20,000 nt of DNA from Craspedostauros australis (taxonomy: Eukaryota), in contig JALAGF010003705.1 in the NCBI GenBank assembly GCA_030167865.1, positions 45,470 through 65,469 of the forward strand, written 5' to 3'. A program made the position numbers and the translations under genes. This document shows positions 1-9,560 of this stretch, piece by piece (within the stretch, counting starts at the first letter, position 1; the number at the start of each line of letters is the position of its first letter). The notes under the pieces were generated by a model. It had not been told where the DNA came from, ran no database searches, and saw nothing but the letters and a program-made list of their open reading frames with translations.

Positions 1-79
1 GAAGAAGGAAGGCGGCACACCAAACCGCAGTACACACGAGGTATGAGCAACAACAAGACAGAACCACGAAAGAACTCAC

Positions 80-1358
80 CTCCGACTGTGACGACTGGAG
101 CGCCAGCCTTCTCCGCGATGGCCACGACGGAACGCGCCGATGTGAAGGCGGACTTCTGCGCATCCGTCAGGAAGGCCAAAGCTTCGGCCTTGGCACGCAC
201 GCCCTTGGCAGCATCGATCACCTTGGCAGCCGCCTCGAGATCCGGCGTGACATTGAGGATGGCGCCAACGACTGGGCCACCTGCCTTGGCGCTGTTCTCC
301 GAGGCGTAGGTTGCTGCGTTGCTGGGAGAGAAGGAGTAGGGGAAGGCATCGTCCGCGCCGTTGAATTTGGAGAGCTCCTCTGGCTTTTGCATGAGGTCTC
401 TGACGATGTGCGGCGGGGAGAAGTAGTGCGACTCGTCGCCGGAGATGACGTCGGTGGTCTGTTGCCAGAACTTGTTGCGGAAGATCTCGTACTGCTCGGT
501 GGTGAAGTATGCCTCCAGCTGCTGCTTGTCCACGGGCGGTGCGCCCGGCGGGTACTGCGCCAGGTAGGCCTCCATGTTCGTTCGGAAGGTGTCCTTGTCC
601 TTCTCCATGCCCAGGAACTGGAGGCTGGCTGGGTCGACGGCGGCTGGCAGGTCCTCCGGGTACATCTCGGCGTAGGCCAGGAGGTTGGCCTTGAACTCTT
701 CGAGGCACTCCTCGGCGCTGTACTTGGTGAGGCCCTCATCGCCGGAAGAGATGCTGTCGACGAGGTCGGCGAAGGTCTTCTTGCACAGGGCGTACTCCTG
801 CGAGACGCCGGTGCCTGGCTCCGGGATCATGGCCTTGATGTACTCGTTCATGTCCTCGTGGCAGGAGTGCTCCGAGCCCACGACGCCCACCACGGCGTGC
901 CCGGCGGCCGCTCCCAGCTGCGCTGCGGCCATGCCGCTCGGCTGGCTGGCACCGAAAACCAGCAGGGTGCCTGGTGCGGTCCCGGCCATGCGGACAGCCG
1001 CGGCGCCCTCCGCAGCCGGTCTGAGCATGGCCAGGTACTCCAGAGGAATGTAGGCCGCCGCATCTCCCAGATCTCCGAAGGTGCCGTGCACGACGGAGCC
1101 ATCGGGGCTGTAGGCGGCGGAGTCCTCCATGGACAGCTTGCCGCTGGCCACATCGACGGTGTGGGCCGACGTAACGACGGAGCGCTCGATGGCGCCCGGG
1201 TCCTTGGGCTTCTCCGGCGCGACGCGGATCTTCTGCTTGGGGAGGTTGTCCAGCAGAGCCTGCGGGATGGCGTACGGGTTGCTCACCTTTCGTCGGGTGT
1301 GCAGGCCTCTGGTTGCGATCTGTCGCAAGGCCTTGCGGGAGAGCGAGGAGTTCATCAT
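80..1358 (-). CDS. Exon 1 of a putative mitochondrial protein with a degenerate MDR-type (quinone/enoyl reductase-like) Rossmann segment; 3' end lies outside the window
   Basis: Manual translation from ATG 1358 (MMNSSLSRKALRQIATRGLHTRRKVSNPY...) is open for 426 codons to a GGAG|GTGAGT donor at 80/79. The frame has no stop before the window edge, which explains its absence from the ORF track. The N-terminus is Arg/Ser-rich and acid-free, like a presequence. The segment LRPAAEGAAAVR...GTLLVFGASQPSGMAAAQLGAAAGHAVVGVVG resembles the MDR nucleotide-binding motif. Third codon positions are strongly C/G-biased. Confidence 0.85.
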
Positions 1359-2346
1359 CGTCGTCGTCGTCTTTTGGTTTGGTTTGGTTGCTCTGCAGCG
1401 GTGTTGTTGGTGACGGTCCTGGTGGCTACGACAAAGGAGACAAGTCTGGATGCTTCTGCTGTCTCTCCTCTGTGCTGTTGTGATGGGTGGTGCACATGCA
1501 GAGTTTTCGTTGGGCACAAGCCATCGACGATGGCAACAACAACGGCGTTGGCGTCCGATCACCATCGTCCAACGTTTTTCTCTGTGCTTGTTGTTGCTGT
1601 TTTGGTTTGGGGCTTTTCGAGTACCTCTCCAAGTTCTGAAATGGATCTGTTCGGTTCGGTTGCGACAGGAGCAACCGCGTAGCAAGCGTTCATGCCCCCC
1701 AGAGAGACCACGCTGCTCGTACCATACTATTATGTATTAAATGATATGCCATGACATCGTCATCTTCAATGAGCGAGAGGATAGCAATGCAATACGTCGA
1801 TGCAATTCTGCAGTACTTTGCTCCGTCTCATTCTGCATTTGCCTGCCGATCGCATTCACAAGTCGCCAGGTCGATGCAGCAAGCGAAGGTCCATGGCTGT
1901 ACTACGTGGAGCATGAACACGATAGCGGAAGCCCCGGGTGCACCACTCTTCGTCAGGTGGCGTTTGTGCCATGCTGTCACCATGCGATGGGTGGTATCTT
2001 CCTGGCATCGAAGTCAAATAGCGTGCAACCAACCTCCTGTAACGAAGATCGTCGCTTGTTTGAGATTCGACAGCTCAAGCCAAATTAGCCCAGCCACGCG
2101 AAACCTCTCAATTGACCAAAAGGATTTCATCATCCGCAGAATGAGGAACGAGCGCACAGGAATAACAATCGAAAATAAGGCTTGGGCGGAGCATGTGGGT
2201 GAAGTTGGTGTCTGCTCAAACTGGAGATCATTGCTGAAGATGAAATTAGAGCATAGGGAACGTCAACACAAACTTCTCAATACCTCACGACACACAGGGT
2301 AATTGATGTCAAAATACGCTACCATCGGCAGCATAACCACCCGAAA

Positions 2347-2418
2347 GGGGGCGTAGTTCAGTGGCAGAACGTCTGTTTCGCATACAGAAGGTCGCGGGTT
2401 CGATTCCCGTCGCCTCCA
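2347..2418 (+). tRNA. trnA-CGC: tRNA-Ala (anticodon CGC)
   Basis: Cloverleaf folded by hand: acceptor stem GGGGGCG/CGCCTCC with the G3:U70 alanine identity pair, discriminator A, D stem GTTC/GAAC, anticodon stem TCTGT/ACAGA with loop TT-CGC-AT, and T arm GGTTCGATTCC. No intron and no encoded CCA. Confidence 0.97.
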
Positions 2419-2427
2419 TTTCTTTTT
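2419..2427 (+). terminator. RNA polymerase III terminator (oligo-T) of the tRNA
   Basis: TTTCTTTTT immediately follows the discriminator base. Confidence 0.75.
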
Positions 2428-2605
2428 GCTTCTCGTTGTGATGGCAATCACGAGTGATTGCTTCCACATGACTGAAACATCTTTTGGTCTCTTTGTTGCG
2501 CAAATCCAAACCCAAACACCGACACGCGAACGCAATCACCAACCACCAGATCCATTCCACAATCTCACAAAACAACAGCCAGGCCACAAGGCAACGACAA
2601 CCACG

Positions 2606-4624
2606 ATGACGGGAGAAGCACAAGCAACGGACAGCTCCACCACCATCTCCCATGCCAATGGCGCAGGCACAAGAGGAAAGTGCACCTTCTGCCAACGTTA
2701 CGGCAACGTGTTACGGTGCAGCCGTTGTCACTCCACCTTCTATTGCTCGCAGAGTTGCCAGAAGAAGCACTGGAAACATGGCCACAAAAAGGCCTGCAAG
2801 GCCATTGCCGCCATGATCGAGCTGCACGGCATGACGGCGGGGATATCCATGGAGGACGCTTCCGACAGTGCCACCAAGGCCACAGCCGCGCTGGACTACT
2901 GGAGAGAAACGAGCTCATCTCCGGAGGTCTTGACGGAAACTCGACCCGCGCCGAAAGTTGTGAGCAAACCGAACGAAGGCATTGCAGGCACACGACAAGA
3001 CAAGTCAGAACTCGGCGACGAGAACGATCGATCTTCCACCAACATTCAGACAGAAGGCGACGAGCCTTCGATCGAGAAAGACATCGGCTCCTGCGCAAGC
3101 ACAAAGGACTCTCAGAATTACGTTGATGCCAACGTGGATGGCTTCATGGTGGAGCACATGTCCAGGCTTTCGCGGTATCACATCACGTTCAAGTTGTCGA
3201 AAGAGATGCCGCATGGATCACACTTGCATTGCACCTTGCATCCTGATGTTACTTCATCAACCCTCATCGTGCATGTGGCCGATGAGCGATCCGAACCTCT
3301 GATCCGGATCAAGCTCCTTCGGCACATTCTGCCGGGCCCTCCATTCACAACCACCAACACCACAACCACCAACACCACAACCAACAATGTCACAGCCAGT
3401 CATGGCACAATATCTTGCGACGGCGACAGAAACGACGTCTACCAAATCCATCTCAGCTACCGTTCACCGTACGAAGAAAACTGTGGCGAACTTTTCGATG
3501 ACGCAACCACATATACGACCACTCCGACGAGCCGGCTCACGTCGTTGCATTGTGCCAACTGCAATCATCCCATCGTGCCCGCCAACAAGATCCAGCGCAT
3601 ACTGCCAATGCCGCAGGGGCATTGGGATGAAATATCCGATTACTTGATTTGCTACGAAGGGCAACCGGCGACCGAATTCTCCAAAGCCTCCAACGAACCT
3701 CGCGAGGGGATGGTGTTGGAAGACGCGACAGTGTTCTGCGTTCATGCCAACGACGCCAAAGAAGCTGTTGAAGTCACATCCATGCCATTGTACGGCGAAC
3801 CACCCACAACAACGGGCAATGGCAGCGTCACTTCGCCCAACGCGAATGATGGACTGCAGCACGACCAATCGATCACTCTCCGTGGCGGCACACGGATATG
3901 GAAAGACGCAGTAGTCGCAAACGCCATGGCGGGCGCATTCACTGTCTCTTGCGGTGCATGCAATTTCAATCTCGGAACCACGATCTCCTCGTCTTCATCG
4001 TTTCGACTTTTCAAACACCACCTCGCGCCCACCACGATCAGAATCACCAACTTTCTGTTGCATGAGGTGATCCGCTACGCCGAATCCAAGGCCATCTTCA
4101 CATGGATGATCCAGCAGCACGATGACTTGCAGAACATCATGACCGCATTCACGTATCAAAAGCAATGTCTGCTGCTTCGACTGGTGCAGTGGGACTCGCA
4201 GATTGCGACCGCGAACAGCGACACCTTCGAACGGCATGCCAAGTTGGTGTATGAAGAGAGCGTGGATCGCACGTCATTGGAGGGCGGAGGTGAAGGAGGA
4301 CAATGGCTATGGGGCGGGGTCGATTTGTGTTGCCCACCACCGCAGGGGTTCATGGAAGATGCAAACGAAAACGAAAACGCAGGCGATGGCGATGACGACG
4401 ACAACGACGACGACAACGACGACGACGACGACAATGCTGTTCAGAGTCCGCAACCGTCGACGGTGCGGATCAGTCTTTCCAAGGAAGAATATGACGAAGT
4501 CAAACGAACGCTTGCTGAGGGCGGGCCATGTCTGCCCCAATCGGTAGTGGATGTGACATTGGCATTGAAGATGGGCAGGAGTCACGTGACGTCGGCCATG
4601 GGAATGGCGGTTCTCAAGGTTTAA
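2606..4624 (+). CDS. MYND zinc finger plus UBE3D/Ipa1 (HECT_2)-like protein
   Basis: MYND motif CTFC...LRCSRC...YCSQSCQKKHWKHGHKKAC at 2681-2797. The downstream LHCANC...ILPMPQGHWDEISDYLICY...VSCGAC pattern matches the CxxC / LPSxxWxExxDxWxCH / CxxC signature of UBE3D/Ipa1. Start chosen at ATG 2606 (MTGEAQ), with ATG 2469 as an alternative. Single exon. Confidence 0.8.
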   Translation: MTGEAQATDSSTTISHANGAGTRGKCTFCQRYGNVLRCSRCHSTFYCSQSCQKKHWKHGHKKACKAIAAMIELHGMTAGISMEDASDSATKATAALDYWRETSSSPEVLTETRPAPKVVSKPNEGIAGTRQDKSELGDENDRSSTNIQTEGDEPSIEKDIGSCASTKDSQNYVDANVDGFMVEHMSRLSRYHITFKLSKEMPHGSHLHCTLHPDVTSSTLIVHVADERSEPLIRIKLLRHILPGPPFTTTNTTTTNTTTNNVTASHGTISCDGDRNDVYQIHLSYRSPYEENCGELFDDATTYTTTPTSRLTSLHCANCNHPIVPANKIQRILPMPQGHWDEISDYLICYEGQPATEFSKASNEPREGMVLEDATVFCVHANDAKEAVEVTSMPLYGEPPTTTGNGSVTSPNANDGLQHDQSITLRGGTRIWKDAVVANAMAGAFTVSCGACNFNLGTTISSSSSFRLFKHHLAPTTIRITNFLLHEVIRYAESKAIFTWMIQQHDDLQNIMTAFTYQKQCLLLRLVQWDSQIATANSDTFERHAKLVYEESVDRTSLEGGGEGGQWLWGGVDLCCPPPQGFMEDANENENAGDGDDDDNDDDNDDDDDNAVQSPQPSTVRISLSKEEYDEVKRTLAEGGPCLPQSVVDVTLALKMGRSHVTSAMGMAVLKV

Positions 4625-4870
4625 CGCAACTCTCTAACATCATCGTACTTAATTGCATGCGTGTGTTGCAATGACATTGAATGCAGAATGGCTCTTTGAT
4701 GTGGGGGTGGCTGACCACACCATCCTTTCTGACTGATTTCATCTTCAGCGTCATCACTCCGCGTTCACTCCATACTCCATGTGCCTCCATATGCACACAT
4801 AGTAATGGAGTAGAGTAGGCTGCTTCTCTATCATACCACACCACATCCACCATGCGAGTGTCACAGGGAC

Positions 4871-5182
4871 TTATTTCGACTGCTCCTTCTCACCACTGCC
4901 GACTTCTTCGAAGACCTCTTTTAGTTCACCATTCTCATGCATCTGCGTAATGATATCACATCCACCGATGAATTCTCCATTGACATAGAGCTGTGGTATG
5001 GTGGGCCACTCGCTGTACTTCTTGACGCCTTCCCGAATCTGCGGATAGTCCAAGACATTGACGCTGCTGAAGTCGACGCCTTCCTTCTTGAGAATCTGAA
5101 CGACGGTGGACGAGAAGCCGCACATTGGCATGGATGGATTGCCCTTCATGTAAAGCATGACCGGGTTGCTCTTGACGTGGTC
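4871..5182 (-). CDS. GRX5: Monothiol glutaredoxin Grx5, exon 2
   Basis: Acceptor ...gacag|GAC CAC GTC. Translation DHVKSNPVMLYMKGNPSMPMCGFS...IREGVKKYSEWPTIPQLYVNGEFIGGCDI contains the canonical CGFS and WPTIPQL motifs. Confidence 0.96.
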   Translation of the reverse strand, partial: DHVKSNPVMLYMKGNPSMPMCGFSSTVVQILKKEGVDFSSVNVLDYPQIREGVKKYSEWPTIPQLYVNGEFIGGCDIITQMHENGELKEVFEEVGSGEKEQSK

Positions 5183-5402
5183 CTGTCGTATCGCGTTGTG
5201 TTATGTAGTGTCGGGTTGAGTCGGTTGGAAGGGTGAGAAAGAGAGGAAGAGTGAGGAAATGGAAATGAGCTGAATGGATGATCGGGTCCTCGTATGTCGG
5301 GGTGTCCATGAAGACCATCGACGTCGCCAATGCCAAAGATTGATGGACGGATGCAGATCAAGCATAATGCAAGAATGTATAAGAGAAAGAACATCAACTC
5401 AC

Positions 5403-5579
5403 ATCGATCATCTTGATTGCCTGATCCTCATCGGCCACAGGCTTGCGCTTTGGCGCGAAGTCATCGTGGGATCCGTCCGAAAAGAAGCGCACACCGAACT
5501 GCGTCGTGGCCACAGCGGAAGGAATGCTGCGGCCGGCTGCCAATCGGCGGGATGTCACGCGGGCTACACTGGAAAACAT
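5403..5579 (-). CDS. GRX5: Monothiol glutaredoxin Grx5, exon 1 (mitochondrial presequence)
   Basis: MFSSVARVTSRRLAAGRS...RFFSDGSHDDFAPKRK...KMID followed by a |GTGAGT donor. A phase-0 intron at 5183-5402 (220 nt) joins in frame to exon 2, giving 162 aa. Confidence 0.92.
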
Positions 5580-5860
5580 CTTGGCTTCCTTCTCTGTGTT
5601 TTTATTGTCGTTGCTGTTGCTCTTGCACCTTTCGGTTGGATTTCACTTGGTTTGGCCTTGTTGCAATTCGGTTGTTTGGGATCTTCCGCTTGGCGTCTCA
5701 GTGAAGATCTCCTTGTTCGCTTGCGCTCCCTGCAGTGGTGGTTGTGCGTTCCCAACACCATCCACCATCCACCATCATCACGTTTCGTGAACATTCTTCA
5801 GCGACTTGTTTGTTGGTCTTGGTTTGGGCATTTCGAGTCACGAAATACGACACATCATAC

Positions 5861-5879
5861 TGAGTCACTGTTGACGTCA
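5861..5879. promoter_or_regulatory. Adjacent AP-1-like (TGAGTCA) and CRE/aureo-box-like (TGACGTCA) bZIP sites in the Grx5/XPC divergent intergenic region
   Basis: TGAGTCA at 5861-5867 and palindromic TGACGTCA at 5872-5879, with a near-match CGAGTCA at 5834-5840. Function is inferred only. Confidence 0.4.
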
Positions 5880-6293
5880 GCATTGTATCTCCCTTGACTT
5901 TCTGCACAGCAATCTGGGAGCTGCGGAAAAATAAATTCAGCATTCGGCACACGTTTGGCCAAACGCTCCGAGAACTTGATGGACGAACCACCTCCATCGA
6001 TGTCCGTGATGAACTAACCCCAAGAGAAGAGCCTGTGAGGCCACCCAGACAGCCAATCCACCCGACAAGCGACGGAGAGAGGAGCGCCGCTTCCCTTTTG
6101 TTCCCTGGCTGCGTCTCTTTTGGCGTTTCTCCATCTGCATGTCTCGCCCTTCGTTCATGGACGGAAAGCAGACACACGATTGAGATGGTCGACAGGTGCC
6201 AAGCCGGAAACGCACACCAGAAAGCCTCCGCTTCACTTATTTGCTGTCGATTTGGATTTGAGTGCCATTCATCCACAATACGTTGCGCCGGCC

Positions 6294-9098
6294 ATGAGCT
6301 TTGATTGGAATCTATCATCCGACGAAGACGAAGCAGGAGAGGATGGGTTTGCCGATTGGGCCAACGTGGATTTGAAAGAGTCCATAGGAGGATACGGCAG
6401 AACAGGACACAGCGATAGCGATGACAGCGACGACGAGAGTGACGATGGAAACAAAAAACCGGCTGCCGTAGTCTTTGATTTCGGAGGCGCTGGCGCCAAC
6501 GCCGACGGCAATAATGATGACGACGAGGACGGAATTGATTGGGAGGATGCAGAGGATGGAATGGGAGGTGACGGCGGCATGAATGATGGTGGTGGTGGCG
6601 TCAGCGCCAATGTGGCCAAACTTCCTTCCGACAACGAAGCTGGACGCACTTCCGGCGGACCACCCATGATCTCGCTGAGACCAATCACAATCAACCTCAA
6701 CAAGAGGCCACCTGATGACAAGGCAAATGCCAGGCCGAAGAAGCGGGTCAAGCGGTCTTACCGATTTGATCACCTGCCACAAAGCACGAAGCATGCCATC
6801 ACCGCGCTGCAAAGATCCCACCTCCTGTGCCTCGCAGCAACAGCAACCAGCGTCTCCGAACGTTGTTCTTCTGACATGCTGCAGAGCGTGGCCTACAGCC
6901 TCATACCAGAACAATGGACCACGATCGCGATGCCCACGAAGATGCAGCTTCTGGACTTCACCAAATGGTTCTGCGGGCTCGTGAACAACGCGCAAGCGCG
7001 TCGTCGGGATCACTGGATGAGGGCATCTCGAGCTGGCGTCGCCACAATGCGCAGAAGGCGACCAGCGGCAGGGGGAAAGACGAAGTCATCCAAGGCAGGG
7101 GGTGGCGAAAACGATGCTGATAACGACGATGAGCTGTCATCGTTGCTACCGCTATTCTCGTCATCCTTCTCATCATTCAACGCCATACCTTCTCGAACCG
7201 AAGACTACTGCCTCTTTCTGGCCTTGAGCTTGGACGATGATCCGGAGTTGGAGCAAATGCCAACGCCCAATCCACCGTGGGGAACTCACGACAAGCTCCA
7301 ACTATACACCCTCATGGTCCGCGCATTGTGCTGGCGCGCACGATTCGTCATGTCTATCGATCCCATCAAGGGCGATTTGGACGTCAACCATCCCATGTTG
7401 GTCCAAGATCATCTGCAACACATCTTGTTTCATTTTGGTGATCTGCAGAAACGGAACAACAAGGAGAAGAAGAAGAGGCCGACAAGGGATGATGGAACGG
7501 CGGCAGGGAAGCAAGCGCCAGGGCAATCAGAAGCGAAAAGGCAAGCTACTAACAACGACGACGACGGGAGCGGCAAGAAGCGAGCAACCACAGCACCAGC
7601 ACTCGATGCATGGCAGGCAAAGTCTCAGAACGACCACGCATTCAAGCCAACCATCGCATGGGTGGAAGTACTGTGCTCCAAAAGGCAAGCCCAAGGCAAA
7701 ACCGCAAAATCAACAACATCACCCAACAAAATGACATCGTCCGTGGAATGGGTGCACGTCGACCCTCATTGGAACCTGTTCAACCAACCCAGCAAGGTGG
7801 AGTACATCCTCTTCAATGCGGACCAGCAGATGGAACTCCGCAACCAGGAAATGAACCCCGAATTATCATCCAAGCGTCGTCCAATCGCATATGCTCTGGC
7901 GGTAGAGCATGCGAAGAGGAACGGCGATGGCGATGCTGGTGCGTTCGAGTCATCCTCACCACTCGTGCGCAAGCTCACGGACGTGACCCCGCGCTACGCA
8001 TCCAGCTACATCGAGTCCATGAAGGCGATCGGTGTTCTGCGCGGCAAGCAGACCAAAGTCAAAGAGCAGGAGGATGTGCACAAGTGGTGGAAGCAAACCC
8101 TCAAGTCCTTGAGCTCATCCCACCGCAGGCCAGCCAAAGACAAGGCCTCGTCGACGCTGCTGCTGCGGAAACAAGGCAAATCAGCTTCGGAGGCCATTGA
8201 TCTTTCAGACGACCAGCCCAAACCAAAGGAAGACGACGGAAGCAACGGCGGCGCCCATGAACTTGAACACGAAGGTGACGAGGAAGAGGCGCAGCTGTCG
8301 GAGCATGCCAAGAAAGAACCGTTGCCGACAAGCAAGCAAGGATTCAAGGAACATCCGGTCTATGTCATTCCATCCTTGCTGGGCAACGCTGAAGTCCTCA
8401 TGCCCGATGCCAAAAAACGGGTCTGCGGCGTCTTCAAAGGTGAGCTGGTCTACCGTCGGACGGATGTCACCACGTTGCACCCTGCCAACAAATGGCCCTA
8501 CCGAGGCCGCAAGGTGCGGAAGGAGGAGATGTCCAAACCGACGAAGCGCATCAAGGCCCGCAAGAAGCCTGCCGTGAATGGGTTCAAGGCACTGCGATCC
8601 TACGGCGTCGGCCAGAACAACGACGGAACACAGGAACAGCGGCTCAAGGAGATCGCAGCCGCCGAACAACCGTTGGCGGATGGTAAGGAGGACGTCTACG
8701 CCATCTGGCAGACCGATCCATGGTCCCCGCCCCCCATTGGTCCAGACGATCGGCTGCCCATCAACGAATTCCGAAACATCGAACTGGAACTGCTGAATCC
8801 AGGCCTCGTTCACGTCGACGAAAGCAACATCGCCAAAGTGGCGAAGCAATTGGGAATCCCGTACGCGCCGTGCTTGATGGGGTTTGAGGGATTTGGTGGC
8901 AACCGGGCACCGACCATCCGCGGCATCGTGGTGCACCAACACAATGAGATCTTGCTGCGGGAAGCCCACGCGGAGGTGGCGAGCCATTTGTTGCAGGAGA
9001 GTCACGATGAGCACCAACGACGTGTTTACGCACGGTGGAAGCGCTTGCTGGTCGGGATGTTGACGAAGGAGCGGTTGGAACGGGAATACGGGGAGTGA
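6294..9098 (+). CDS. XPC: DNA damage recognition protein XPC/Rad4
   Basis: Transglutaminase-like region (WVEV...WVHVDP...DVTPRYA...WWKQTL) followed by BHD1-3 motifs (EPLPTSKQGFKEHPVYV, VYRRTDV, YAIWQTDPW, PINEFRNIE, YAPCLMGFE..PTIRGIVV) and a C-terminal WKRLLVGML. The start is gccATG at 6294. Confidence 0.95.
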   Translation: MSFDWNLSSDEDEAGEDGFADWANVDLKESIGGYGRTGHSDSDDSDDESDDGNKKPAAVVFDFGGAGANADGNNDDDEDGIDWEDAEDGMGGDGGMNDGGGGVSANVAKLPSDNEAGRTSGGPPMISLRPITINLNKRPPDDKANARPKKRVKRSYRFDHLPQSTKHAITALQRSHLLCLAATATSVSERCSSDMLQSVAYSLIPEQWTTIAMPTKMQLLDFTKWFCGLVNNAQARRRDHWMRASRAGVATMRRRRPAAGGKTKSSKAGGGENDADNDDELSSLLPLFSSSFSSFNAIPSRTEDYCLFLALSLDDDPELEQMPTPNPPWGTHDKLQLYTLMVRALCWRARFVMSIDPIKGDLDVNHPMLVQDHLQHILFHFGDLQKRNNKEKKKRPTRDDGTAAGKQAPGQSEAKRQATNNDDDGSGKKRATTAPALDAWQAKSQNDHAFKPTIAWVEVLCSKRQAQGKTAKSTTSPNKMTSSVEWVHVDPHWNLFNQPSKVEYILFNADQQMELRNQEMNPELSSKRRPIAYALAVEHAKRNGDGDAGAFESSSPLVRKLTDVTPRYASSYIESMKAIGVLRGKQTKVKEQEDVHKWWKQTLKSLSSSHRRPAKDKASSTLLLRKQGKSASEAIDLSDDQPKPKEDDGSNGGAHELEHEGDEEEAQLSEHAKKEPLPTSKQGFKEHPVYVIPSLLGNAEVLMPDAKKRVCGVFKGELVYRRTDVTTLHPANKWPYRGRKVRKEEMSKPTKRIKARKKPAVNGFKALRSYGVGQNNDGTQEQRLKEIAAAEQPLADGKEDVYAIWQTDPWSPPPIGPDDRLPINEFRNIELELLNPGLVHVDESNIAKVAKQLGIPYAPCLMGFEGFGGNRAPTIRGIVVHQHNEILLREAHAEVASHLLQESHDEHQRRVYARWKRLLVGMLTKERLEREYGE

Positions 9099-9560
9099 TA
9101 CAATCATGCACACGTACGCGCACGCACGCACACGATCTAAGTGAAATGAAAGTGCATTGAATTAGAGTCCTCACGTTGAATTAGCGGCAACTCCAATAAT
9201 GGGACTGGTCTATCACTAACGCTACTCTGGAGAGCAACCACGCTCTGAGCTTGTTTGTTGCTTCATAATGTTGAGGAATACCCACGCATTGAGTACGAGT
9301 AGAATGACATGGAGTACTCCCTCGAGGACTCTCACGCGTTTGTTACAGGGTGCCGTTGTTGTCGAATGATGAAATGATTTGAACTCAGCTTTGCCATGCG
9401 GGCCACGATTTAGTCTCAGTATGACGTTTTGATGAGCGATGCTGTTGCTTCCTTCTGAGTCACCCGCAAACGAATTGGAATGACGGGTGCACGACATTGC
9501 AGGACGTGCCAGCGAGGTATTGTACTGTAGAATCGACAAGCAGTTGATTCCATTTCGAAA

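Noticed and set aside
76..739. 210-aa and 173-aa minus-strand ORFs
   Set aside because: They are alternative frames of the real gene, with Arg/Pro/Ser-rich composition typical of off-frame GC-rich sequence.
387..1682. 431-aa + strand ORF
   Set aside because: It is the antisense shadow of the strongly codon-biased minus-strand gene and has no recognisable motifs.
1741..2302. 115-aa and 183-aa ORFs between gene 1 and the tRNA
   Set aside because: No motifs or codon bias like the real genes; probably intergenic, though this cannot be fully excluded without RNA data.
2263..2535. ORF containing WRRRESNPRPS
   Set aside because: This is the typical translation of an antisense tRNA gene.
5183..5402. 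Possible intronic snoRNA in the Grx5 intron (also checked the Derlin and ELM2-SANT introns)
   Set aside because: No convincing C/D box pair with a terminal stem or H/ACA structure was seen by eye. An Infernal/Rfam scan would be decisive.
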